From the NCBI RefSeq assembly GCF_964355755.1, contig NC_092676.1, forward strand, positions 9,835,888-9,899,887: a stretch of DNA of 64,000 nucleotides, in the 5' to 3' direction. The notes below the pieces were generated by a model that saw nothing but the letters and a program-made list of their open reading frames with translations, did no database searches and had not been told where the DNA came from. How positions within the stretch are numbered: position 1 is the stretch's first letter; each line of letters begins with the position of its first letter. The stretch is from Antedon mediterranea (taxonomy: Eukaryota; Animalia; Echinodermata). Both the position numbers and the translations under genes were made by a program. Shown piece after piece: positions 13,720 to 26,600 of the stretch.

Positions 13720-15830
13720 TATAGCAATTACACTGCTTTTTTTTATGGCAATAGCAAGTAGCAATTGCACCTCTATGTGTTTGTTATTTATGGCAATACC
13801 ATGAAGTAGCAATTGCACAGATATTGGTTTTCTATTTATTTATGGCTATTATCAAGTATAGAAATTGCACAGCTATTGGTTTGCTATTTGTGGCAATATC
13901 AAGTATAGCAATTGCAAGCTATTGGCTTACTATTTGTGGCAATATCAAGTATAGCAATTGTACAGCTATTTGTTTGCTATTTGTGGCAATATCAAGTATA
14001 GCAATTGTACATCTATTGGTTTACTATTTGTAGCAATATCACGTATAGCAATTGCAAGCTATTGGCTTACTATTTGTGGCAATATCAAGTATAGCAATTG
14101 TACAGCTATTTGTTTGCTATTTGTGGCAATATCAAGTATAGCAATTGTACAGCTATTGGTTTACTATTTGTGGCAATATCAAGTATAGCAATTGCAAGCT
14201 ATTTGTTTGCTATTTGTAGCAATATCAAGTATAGCAATTGTACAGCTATTGGTTTACTATTTGTAGCAATATCAAGTATAGTAATTGCACAGCTATTTGC
14301 TTGCTATTTGTGGCAATATCACGTATAGCAATTGCAAGCTATTGGCTTACTATTTGTGGCAATATCAAGTATAGCAATTGCAAGCTATTGGCTTACTATT
14401 TGTGGCAATATCAAGTATAGAAATTGCACAGCTATTAGTTTACTATTTGTAGCAATATCAAGTATAGTAATTGCACAGCTATTTGCTTGCTATTTGTGGC
14501 AATATCACGTATAGCAATTGCAAGCTATTGGCTTACTATTTGTGGCAATATCAAGTATAGCAATTGCAAGCTATTTGTTTGCTATTTGTAGCAATATCAA
14601 GTATAGCAATTGCACATCTATTGGTTTACTATTTGTGGCAATATCAAGTATAGCAATTGCAAGCTATTTGTTTGCTATTTGTGGCAATATCATGTATAGC
14701 AATTGCAAGCTATTTGTGGCAATATCATGTATAGCAATTGTACAGCTATTTGTTTGCTATTTGTGGCAATATCATGTATAGCAATTGCAAGCTATTTGTG
14801 GCAATATCATGTATAGCAATTGTACAGCTATTTGTAGCAATATCAAGTATAGCAATTGTACAGCTGTTGGTTTGCTATTTGTAGCAATATCAAGTATAGC
14901 AATTGCAAGCTATTGGCTTACTATTTGTGGCAATATCAAGTATAGAAATTGCAAGCTATTTGTTTGCTATTTGTAGCAATATCAAGTATAGCAATTGCAC
15001 AGCTATTTGTTTGCTATTTGTGGCAATATCAAGTATAGCAATTGCAAGCTATTTGTTTGCTATTTGTGGCAATATCATGTATAGCAATTGCAAGCTATTT
15101 GTGGCAATATCATGTATAGCAATTGTACAGCTATTTGTAGCAATATCAAGTATAGCAATTGTACAGCTGTTGGTTTGCTATTTGTAGCAATATCAAGTAT
15201 AGCAATTGTACAGCTATTGGTTTGCTATTTGTGGCAATATCAAGTATAGCAATTGTACATCTATTGGTTTACTATTTGTGGCAATATCAAGTATAGCAAT
15301 TGTACATCTATTGGTTTACTATTTGTGGCAATATCAAGTATAGCAATTGTACAGCTATTGGTTTACTATTTGTAGCAATATCAAGTATAGCAATTGTACA
15401 TCTATTGGTTTACTATTTGTGGCAATATCAAGTATAGCAATTGTACATCTATTGGTTTACTATTTGTGGCAATATCAAGTATAGCAATTGTACATCTATT
15501 GGTTTACTATTTGTGGCAATATCAAGTATAGCAATTGTACATCTATTGGTTTACTATTTGTGGCAATATCAAGTATAGCAATTGTACAGCTATTGGTTTA
15601 CTATTTGTAGCAATATCAAGTATAGCAATTGTACATCTATTGGTTTACTATTTGTGGCAATATCAAGTATAGCAATTGTACATCTATTGGTTAGCTATTT
15701 CAATTGCCAATATTCATATAGCAATTGTACAGCTATTTGCTTGCTATTTATGAACTATATCTGGATATAGCAATTGTACAGTTATTTTCTTGCAATTTAT
15801 GGCTATGCTATTTGTTGGCTAGTTTGCTAT
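13720..15830. repeat. Tandem satellite, 46-47-bp unit (about 45 copies), with 34-35-bp truncated units
   Basis: Consensus ctatttgtggcaatatcaagtatagcaattgtacagctattggttta; it degenerates at both ends. The spurious ORFs here recur every 140 bp. Confidence 0.95.
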
Positions 15831-16633
15831 TTATTTCTGACCAATGCTGTGCCTGAATATCCCACTTGGACGTTACGCAAGTAATTTTAACAATCACGTC
15901 ACGATGATTGTTGTGATCCATCGCATTTATTGTGATTGGTAAAAATTGTTTTCGGTGTGCTTACGTTGCATCCTATTGGAAACCAATGTTTAAGCTTGGT
16001 TCCCAATAGGACGCAATGCAAAGATGTAAGCGCAATGCCAATGACCAATCAAGAGATTGTCATTAGTCAACTAACTGGCTTGCATCATTTTGGGGACCAA
16101 GTATTAGTAATTTGGGTTGATTATAGATGATCCATCAAGTTATGACTGGCCAAATTATTTGAGTTCTGCCCTAATGGAAACCAAATAAAGTTCGCAGATT
16201 AAAAGAAGACACATTTAGAAGAAATCACTAGATGTTCCCACTGAATAACTCTAGCCAATGGCCACATGACATAAAACAACACATAATGCAGTCTGTGATA
16301 TAGAAAATGTTTATTGAAAAATGAGAAGTCCAAAATATTTTTCTACAATTTAATTGACAATAATTTGATATTAAAATTTCGAAGAAAACATATCTACATT
16401 ATGCAACTTTAAATTAAACTAAACTCAGCATAATAATTTATATACACTTACAATATGCATTGTTGAATATTATTTATAACAAATTTGTATTTAATATTGT
16501 AATACACTGAGAGTAAATTTACAAATAACTGTATTGTTTTATTTTAAATAAATGCTTTTATGCATAACAACTTTGCTATAACAATCTGGAGCTGCTAAAC
16601 TGGCACTGGCAAATTTTACAACACTTTTATTTC

Positions 16634-16938
16634 TAAAGCATGGTTCCTACTAGGATAATGCAGCGCAAGTGTCAGTAGGAACTGACGACGCAACAATGCT
16701 GTGAACATTGCTATGGGAAATCGAATCGGTTTAATTCCATGCAACAATACAAAAACACTGGAGAAACATAGAGTATTACAGCGCACAGTCATGTACGCAG
16801 GGTGAACAAGATCAAAGTTTACAGCAACTGATGTTGACACGCAACCAGACAGGCTTGATTTTATGCGGGCGGAGGCAAACAATTATTGGACAGGCATTTT
16901 CTTATTTTGCATAAATTGCTAGTGGGAACCACGCTTTA
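16634..16938. mobile_element. MITE of the GGTTCCCACTAG family inside the predicted LIN9 3' UTR
   Basis: aaagcatggttcctactagg ... ctagtgggaaccacgcttta. Confidence 0.65.
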
Positions 16939-17636
16939 ACTCCAAAATTTCCACTGTTTGGCAGGTCTTTAAATTGTTGTCTGCAGCATCACATTGACTG
17001 TTATTTGATTTGTTAATTTCACAAACTAGTTTTTGCAATTTGTTGGTTTACACTAGCACTTTCTTACCAAACTCGGAGTTTGCAAACTGTAGACTAGGCT
17101 TACAGTACAGCAAGCTTCCAAACCTATAGAACCACTGTTTCTTTGGTACTTCGTCTCATTTTAAGCACATGCCTGCCTGCTTTGTGTTTCCATGGTTTAG
17201 ATTTTCTAATGGCTTTCCCTTCTCAGATCTGTGGACAATTTTTCTCTGGTCCCAATGGTGTTGAATTCAATAAAACACAATCAATTGTCCTAATGCCATT
17301 TTCATCTGATCTGTCTATACAACTTGACCATTTCTTTGGTTTTAATAATTGGTACATCACTTCACAATATTGCAGATCTTAAACAAATTATTAAAAAAAT
17401 TCAGAAATTGTGTATTGTGTATACACCTCAATTTATGCTATTAGTATTATAAACACCCCTATTGTGAAAGGTATGATTTGTGAAAGGTATGATCTATGAA
17501 CAACAGTATTATTTTTCATCACTATACACAGAGTGTTGCTATTGATTCAGTAACAAGGTTTCACTATTTCTGACCATCATATTATATTAAACTCATACTG
17601 TTATTGATGTGTTAGTGTCTATGCAAAATTACCTGT

Positions 17637-20600
17637 TCAGAATGGTACTGCACTGGTTTCTGAGAATGCGTGTAGGTTTCCCATTTGAGTCATTCCACTC
17701 TGAATATGTGCAACATGCACCTCCACATTATTCTGGAAGCACCTGTCATCATAGATATAAAGATAAAATGGTAACAATGAATACAGTTCATAACAATGAA
17801 TACAGTTCATAACAATGAATACAGTTCATAACAATGAATACAGTTCATAACAATGAATACAGTTCATAACAATGAATACAGTTCATAAAAATGAAGAAAA
17901 TTACATACATTTTTAATTGGAGAACTAATCAAAACACACAGGAGGTCCAAAGTTCACAATATTAGTGAGTTTTAAGCAATTTTCAAATGTATTTCCTTCT
18001 AAATCTAAAAATGTTTTCAAAGGCCTTGATTTGAAATCCAACAAACTGTTTTAATTTAACAGTTAAACAGTTTTCCAAACAAACATGATATTTCACAAGT
18101 AACAACTGCTTTAACAGAGATGCCCATGTATTCAAAAAAGGATTTCTTATCCTCTGTTTTGCAACAGCCACCCAACAACTGTCATTTGGATATTCTAGTG
18201 TAGCGTCACCAGAATATAGAAAAAAAACCATGTGGTTCCACGGGTTGAAATTGACTTGTTTTTTACTGAAACATGTGTTTTTTAATGACTTTATTGAAAG
18301 TTTATTGTTGATACCACTGGCATACACATAGTAGTAGTTGTTGCACCAATGATGCACGCTAACAAATTATTTATAGCTTACGGTATATATTTTAAATTAT
18401 TATAGCATACTATATTGTTTGATACCGCTTTCATTAAAGTAGCAGAAACATGGGATCTTTGTGACCCATAAAGCAAGATTGACTACTTACGTAAAATTTG
18501 AAGGATCAATATTGTTCTTAATTTCTTGCAATGACTCATTTAATGACTGGAATCCATAGGAATTCAAATCTCCAGATGCCAGGTTCTGTTGAACAATAAC
18601 AATATAATAATTACAATTAGCTAAACAACTTTTTTAACAAAATCCATCCTACTATATATTTTACATATCCTTTAAACCCCAAAAATGAGTTTTCTTTTAG
18701 CTAATTTCTTTATCCAATTATTTGAATCGATTAAAATCACACTCAAACCAGACACCATATGTCAGTCCGTCCTCATATCAATTTTTTTTTAATATCTGAG
18801 TTTCAAAACACTGGGTTTTCAGGACCTCTGCCACCAGTAATAGAACATCTACATTCATGATACCACAGCGGATTTCCTCATCGAGTTTTACTTTCTTCAA
18901 GCTCAACTCAGCCATCAACTTTATTCACCATTCCCAGAGGATATTTGGTTTGTGGGGGGGGGGGGGGGGGGGCTATGGAAGTTCTTTGGACATGGTATAT
19001 TGTTCTTTGGTGGTGTATCCTAATTTGGGCGGTAGCACATACCCTTCGGTAAATATGTACTGTATTTACTTAAAGAATACTTGATTTACGGTTATCATTG
19101 AGAATTTTTATCAACAATTTTGGAACAAAGTTTTAGAAATCAATCTTGTAAAGTATAGCATCTCACCTTCACTTGCAACATAAGAGAGGTTAGTCTCGTT
19201 ATGAGGTCATTCAAATGACCACTCTTGACCGCTCGACCACCCAAGGCTAGATTGGCATCATGTACAATTTGGTTCGCTTCTTGGTCGCACTTTAACTTCT
19301 GTTCTATTGGTTGATCCATTGGTTCTAGACCCTGACCGGGAGCAATCTGCAATAAAAATAGTAGCATTTTAATTTATGAAAACTGTTCTGTCCAAAGAAT
19401 ATGAAATAAATGTATAATGCACTTGTCAATTGTATGACTCACTATACGACCCCCGGGAGAGGTGCGTCATGGGTGCGTCATTTACAAATAATTACTGACG
19501 CAGGGGTGCGTCAAAAAACCTAGATGGTACGTCACATCAATGAACAAGGTGCGTCAATGTCCGTCACTTTACCACCCACCATATCATAAACAACATGGTC
19601 ACAGTGCGTCAAAATGGGTGCGTCATGGTCACCTAAAGGTAAGTCACCTTTTTGACGCACGGGTGCGTCATGGTATTCAAAAGTATGACGCACATCGGAC
19701 AAATGACGCACCTCTCCAGGGGGTCGTATAGTGGGTCATACAATTGACAAGTGCATAACATGAGGCCATCTATGAGAGAACATTCGACGCGAGCTACTTA
19801 TTTATGTAGTGCATTGCTCTTTTTATCATAATTAAACCATAAAATGTTTAAAACAATTTAAATTAAGGCCTCTTTCTTGGCAAGAAATTAATATTGTGCT
19901 CTAAAAACTAAAAGTCTAAGAAACCTCTGCTAAAAGATTCATATATCAAACCAGGTGTGTGCACAAATTCCATAACACAACATACATTGCATTCGTAGCG
20001 TGCTTTCTTTGGAGACGTGGAATCATTACTTTTTTCTTGCGAGACATCGACATCGTTCGAGTCAACATGATCATGATCCTCCTCAAATTCAGTCGAAATG
20101 CTTGTTTCATGTCCATTGCTGTCGCTAACAAAAACCTGAGTTCTTCGTTTTGGAATATAATTCTTTCTACGCTTTGATTTCATACACAAAAGCATGCGAT
20201 TGTTGGAACATATGTCTTTAAGCTTAGGCCCAGAGATAATCTCTTCATCAATGTCTCCAGTCGTCAGTCCACCGCGTGAAAGCGTCTGTGGCTGCGACGA
20301 CGTTGTTGGTCTCAACAGCGGCGGTGGAGCGGGTAGGCCTAGGCTACACTCTTCTTCTACTGCTTGTTCTTCGGCTATTTCAGCCGCCATACTTATTCCT
20401 ACACTTCCCAATTTTTATTTATATTCATATATTCAATGCAATACATATTTCTTTGTTGCTAAAAATGTTCAGTTATCCACCATCATGCAAACTTCTTTTG
20501 TTGTTGTTTTCCGCAGTCCGCACCTCCTAACAGCAGCAATTACCAGCCAGACGTTCTCTTTTCTGTGCGTCTGTATCGATCTCAATCATAAAATTAGCAC

Positions 20601-23600
20601 GGCTATGTAGAGTCTGGACGTAAGAGTATAGCTCCTATTATGAGATGGCCGGGTACGTGTGTGGGGAAGAGGCCTACGTGACGGCTGGTTTTTTTTTCTC
20701 GAATTAGATCACGTCAATTTTGATATAAAATGTTTATTTAGAACATTGCTGATATTGTATTTTTGTTTGTAAGTACTATTAAATTGTATACAATGTTTAA
20801 CATCGTGTACAACAAACCAATATTGTGTAAATTATCTTGTGATTAAACATGGAATCATGTTTAATCTTTTTAGGCCCAGCTACACTCACGATTGATTGGT
20901 AAACACACAGTGCAGTGTGCATGAAATAAAACGACACTGCAGCCTAGCTAGGCCACCATCTAATTGTATACAGTACCTCCATGTCTATTAGGCCGGGGTA
21001 GGCCTAGACCCTACCAGGGTAAATAAATGATGTTTGCATTATTAATGAGAGACTTATAATTGACTTTTGTTTGCTAGGCCTAGAGTAGATAGGAAGAGTC
21101 TAAATGTCATCCGTCAGGGCACCTATTTATTTTACGCATGCGCACTTAATTCCTTGGATAGATGGACCGCAATTAATGGATCGTATTTTATTTACCATTT
21201 GCACAATTATTCTATTATTACAGTGTAAGTGCAAAGCGATGGTGAAAGTTGTTCTCGTTTTACCTTTGTAATTTTCATGCAATTTCACTACAAAACCATG
21301 ATTCATAATTTTTCCTTACTTATGCAAAATTTTAATTTTCGAATAATCATAATTTGGTTATATTTAGTAATTTTATTGCGTCACGGCACCTAGTTAGCTG
21401 TATGCACTGAGTTAGCATACGTTGTTCGGTTATCTCTATGTATGAACGAACGGTGTGAATTCACTGTGAATCTGGTAGTAGTGCCCTGACAGTGACAGAT
21501 GATACGTATTAATTGTCATCCGTCAGGGCACCTAGTTAACATACACGTTGTTAATTCACTGTGTGTAACTGGTAGTGCCCTGACGGATGATAAGTATTAA
21601 TTGTCATCCGTCAGGGCACTTATGTAGTTAGTTAACATACACGTTGTTAATTCACTGTGTGTAACTTGGTAGTGCCCTGACGGATGATAAGTATTAATTG
21701 TCATCCGTCAGGGCACCTATATAGTTAACATACACGTTGTTAATTCACTGTGAATCTGGTAGTGCCCTGACGGATGATAAGTATTAATTGTCATCCGTCA
21801 GGGCACCTATATAGTTAACATACACGTTGTTAATTTACTGTGAAACTGGTAGTGCCCTGACGGATGATAAGTATTAATTGTCATCCGTCAGGGCACCTAT
21901 AATATATATGTTATAGTTAACATACACGTTGTTAATTCACTGTGAAACTGGTAGTGCCCTGACGGATGATCATTATTAATTGTCATCCGTCAGGGCACCT
22001 ATAATATATATGTTATAGTTAACATACACGTTGTTAATTTACTGTGTAACTGGTAGTGCCCTGACGGATGATCATTATTAATTGTCATCCGTCAGGGCAC
22101 CTATATAGTTAACATACACGTTGTTAATTCACTGTGAAACTGGTAGTGCCCTGACGGATGATCATTATTAATTGTCATCCGTCAGGGCACCTATATAGTT
22201 AACATACACGTTGTTAATTCACTGTGAAACTGGTAGTGCCCTGACGGATGATCATTATTAATTGTCATCTGTCAGGGCACCTACTGTATATAGTTAACAT
22301 ACACGCGTTGTTAATTTACTGTGAAACTGGTAGTGCCCTGACGGATGATAAGTATTAATTGTCATCCGTCAGGGCACCTATAATATATATGTTATAGTTA
22401 ACATACACGTTGTTAATTCACTGTGAATCTGGTAGTGCCCTGACGGATAAGTAGTAGTAATGACTGTAGTATATATTATGGCATGCCAGTCATTGTTTTA
22501 AATACCCTAAACTAACTTGCTTTAATTGTATACACCCCTTTGTTTTTTCTTCTTTTTGAAATAGGTTGAAAAACAATGCCGCCACATTCAAGGATAAAAT
22601 CAGAAAACAGTGAGACAAGAATATATGTAAAATTTATAAACAAGTCACCTAGAAATGTTCGAGTAATCTGGCTTAACTATCAAGGGCAACCTGTATGGCG
22701 GCCATATAACAACACGGCTGGCCTATCGCCAAATCAAACTTTTAACATCTATACATATATAACGCATCCATGGATTTTTAGGGATAATCTTACGGGCGAT
22801 AAAATAGTCTATAAGGAAGGATTGACAGAAAAACAAGTGTATTATCCCAAGGAATTGGCAGAAAATCAAGAATATAATGTAACCTTGGTGTTGCCAATTT
22901 ATAGCCTCAAAGAGCGGTGCCTTCAAGTGATGAGAAGACTTGTACGACAACAATCTGTGCATTCGCTTGAAATTCCACAGACTTTAAAAGATGAAATTCT
23001 GAGACCAGTTTTTCGCATAAATGATACTTAAATGCTATTTTTTAAAAATACAATTATTAGCAACCTTGCCACCATGATTAATTTGTAAATACTATGGAAT
23101 GCTGAGCATGTTATAGCCGAGGTTCTCAACAAACAGCATGTGAGGGCATTTCATATGGCCCGCTAAAGATGCATTGTGTCTCAACAACAAAGATTAATCA
23201 AATCAGCTTTTGAAAAGGCCATTTTGTAGTTTTAATACAGTTTATCAAACATGAGTAGAAAAAACAAGTTTTGACTTATAAAAAGACAAATGAATTATTT
23301 TAACCAAGACATTTTTTTAATTTTTTGCTTTAAATTACAGTTTTTTTCAGGTACATAATTTTTTATTCAACTGTATTATGTGACATTAAATAGCATATTT
23401 AATCAACAAATTAAAAACGATTATTTTTTTATGGGGACAATACCAAAAAAACTGCTTATCTGGACCCCAATGTTATGTGTAAAATCCCACTAAAACTGCT
23501 AAAAACCTATGTGTTAACATACATTTTTGTACATATTAAATCATGTTTTGCAATTTATTTTCAGATATTTATTATTTACAGTACTTTCATTTTTGTTTCT

Positions 23601-26600
23601 TGTTCCGCTGCAAATTTTTTATTAATTAAGCAAAAATTTTAATTTTGTTCAAAACATAACTTAAGACATTACAATCACCATAATGAATGTTTCTTTACAA
23701 AATTGGTAATTTATTATTAGTCAAAACTTTGTGAAATAAATTGTATACGTGTAAACTTACCAAATTATTGTTATTAAGTAGGCCTACAATGTACTACTGT
23801 ATTGAAGGAACATGGCTAGTGTACTAGTAACTAACAATCTTAATCTGCTGAGGCTACATAGATATAATTCTATTTTTAGGGATCAGATACTAGTACGTCA
23901 TTTCTTGAATTTATATTATATATTATATTAATAAATTCATTATTTACTTCACGGTCAAGTTATTGATGTATTTTTAATGTTATTTATTGAGATGCCAAAT
24001 AAATGAATGAAAGAAAGAAAAGTATGTCCTAAAAACGACTCTTGTGTAAAGATAAATATAAAGTATAATATAAAATAACCATTCATTGATAAAGGGTCTT
24101 TTCTTGCCAAATTACAAAATATGTCCTACAATAAGGCCAACAGTAGTTCAGCAAGGTCACATGATCAGGTGTGGCCATAACAATTACTGTACATTTCAGA
24201 AAGGAATTAAGCCTATACTATAATGAATGAAAAGTTGTGCACCCTAGACTAAACTCCTAAGTCGTCATACAGTCCCAATAATTAGACTATAAATCAGCCT
24301 ACTGTATGATTTACAAACTGAAAGAAATTAATGCACATGACAGGATGTGCTATTGTATACTTACCAATCCAATAATCTTTGAAAAATCTTACATGAAGTC
24401 AATGAAGCATTTATTGTTTACAGCAAAAAATGTAATGCTTCAAAACCCTCACAAGAAATGGAAATGACTTTGTGTTCACTATGACAAGTCTTTCTCTTCT
24501 TAAAAAAACAAACCAATCTCCTCACCCAAGATGTTTAATGTTTAGGAAACCTATTTCAAGGGCTTTGAAAATACTATTGAATTTTCGAAAAATGTTTATA
24601 ACTTTCCAAAACCTGTGGCCGCATTTATTTTTATTTAAAGTTTAAATTGATATGGTACATCTAGCATAAAACAGTCGTAATTGTATTCCAAGTCTGGAGA
24701 AAACTTATTTATCATAAAGGCCAATTTACACTGACAAATGGTAACAGTAAGTGGTAAATGATAAGTGAAAAAAAAAATAGAATCTATGTTATTTCATGAC
24801 TATTTACACACGGAACAGGCGGGCAGAGGATAGATACATGTTCTATGTGGGACAAGCCAAATGGTTTTCCACTTACCTTTAGTTACCACTTGTCTGTGTA
24901 AATTTTCCTTAAAGGTGTTCTTCCACAAGGCGATATGTATAATAATACAAATTAAAATCCAGGTTAACTGTAAAATTATAGCAGAAATGAGTTACTACAT
25001 ACCTCTTGACAGTACTCTTGGACACCCAGTAGATATCGGTTCAAGTCTTTGTTCAGTCTCTCTAATTCCAAGACATTGCTGGCATACATCCTTTTAAATT
25101 CCATCTCTATCATGATTTCCATTGATTTCTAAAAAAATACCACAAACAATTAAACAAACAAATCAAAACTTTATTTATTACCTGTAATGTGCAAGAGTTA
25201 AATAATAAACTTATAAATAACATGTCATTTTAGGTTGGCATTTATCAATACTTTGCTTATTTTTTAGAAAAAGTGCTTACTTTTAAGCAAATATGTTAAG
25301 GTTGTTTATCAAACCGAAAATAATTTTTGGCAAATGCGCAAAATTTTACACACAAGGGCAGCAAATTAAGTCTAAACTAGGAATCATCTGCACAATTGGG
25401 TAAGGGGACTACGTTGTTTAAACCAACATAGCTCACTACTCTAGATTACAATATCTTACTTGTCTTTCAGCCTCTGCATTCATTTCTCGTAACTTCTGGA
25501 TTAAATCCTTTTTATGAACCAAAATTTTTGACAATTTAGTCTAAAAAAAAAAATAAATACATAAATTGGATTAAAAACAAAACATGACTGACAATTTTTG
25601 CAATATAACAATATTTCCTATATAAATTGTACTAAGCCTAGCCCAAAAGGAATTTATATTATTAATTCAATCTATAGTACAGTATTGCACATTTTCTAAA
25701 AGCTGTGTTTTTATTAGGTTTGTGAGTGAAGTCTAAGGAACCCAAGAGCCTATCTAGTGTCAATCCATTGTGTGCTGTGTAGACAATTTTGAATCCTCAT
25801 ACCATTCCAACAAATACATGACTTACGACTTATATAGGATAGGAAACCCAGGCTTACTAAACCAAGTCTCATACAAGACTGTACTGGCCGTCAGAAATTT
25901 TAACCCAGGATGACCACCAAACCACAATTAGTGCAAAACTTACCACAAAAAGTAAAAATTTGATGGGAAAACCACCAAGTTTCTTTTCTTTCATTGCCTG
26001 GAACTTGCCTCTCATTGGTGACAGACTCATAACAGGGTCATGCTCTAGACCAGGTGATTCCAATAGACCAGCTGTTATTCTGAAAATTACATCAAATCAA
26101 AATCTCAATTTATAAAAACAAAATATAACACTTATTATATAATGCCTAAATAAATTCCTGTCATTTGATTGGACAATTGTGGGTCACATGGCGTGCAATA
26201 GTATGCACTATTAAACGATCGTTTAATAGTACTTTTTTAAAGATTTTTGTGTATGAAAAAAAAAAACGTTTCGCGGATGAAAAAAATCTATTATACAAAA
26301 AGTACTGTGAAATACAACAGCGCCACCTGTTGTCCTGCCTCTGTTTGTAAAGACCACCGCGAGATATGCAACAGCAGCAGATTTTTGTGTACGATTTGGA
26401 GATATATATGTACTAATTTCATTCAAAAAGGCATTTAAATTAGCTTTAGATCGTTTTTAGGAGTTTGATTAATTAATGGGGACATCCATACAAGACGTGG
26501 AATCGTTGGACAAACCATAATTAGCCTAGATAAGTTCCAATTGTCTGTCGAAGTTTTGCCTTTCAGCCAAGCTAGTACAACTACCAGGTCTAGCCTAGCT

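Noticed and set aside
13824-15770. Series of short hydrophobic ORFs
   Set aside because: They are products of the 46-47-bp satellite.
18954-18972. Poly-G run
   Set aside because: Isolated intronic homopolymer with no further structure.
20194-20610. 138-aa plus-strand ORF
   Set aside because: It overlaps the better-supported minus-strand candidate exon and has no splice or homology support.
21481-22450. CRISPR-like appearance (palindromic repeats with spacers)
   Set aside because: The spacers are copies of each other, there are no cas genes, and the context is a eukaryotic intron.
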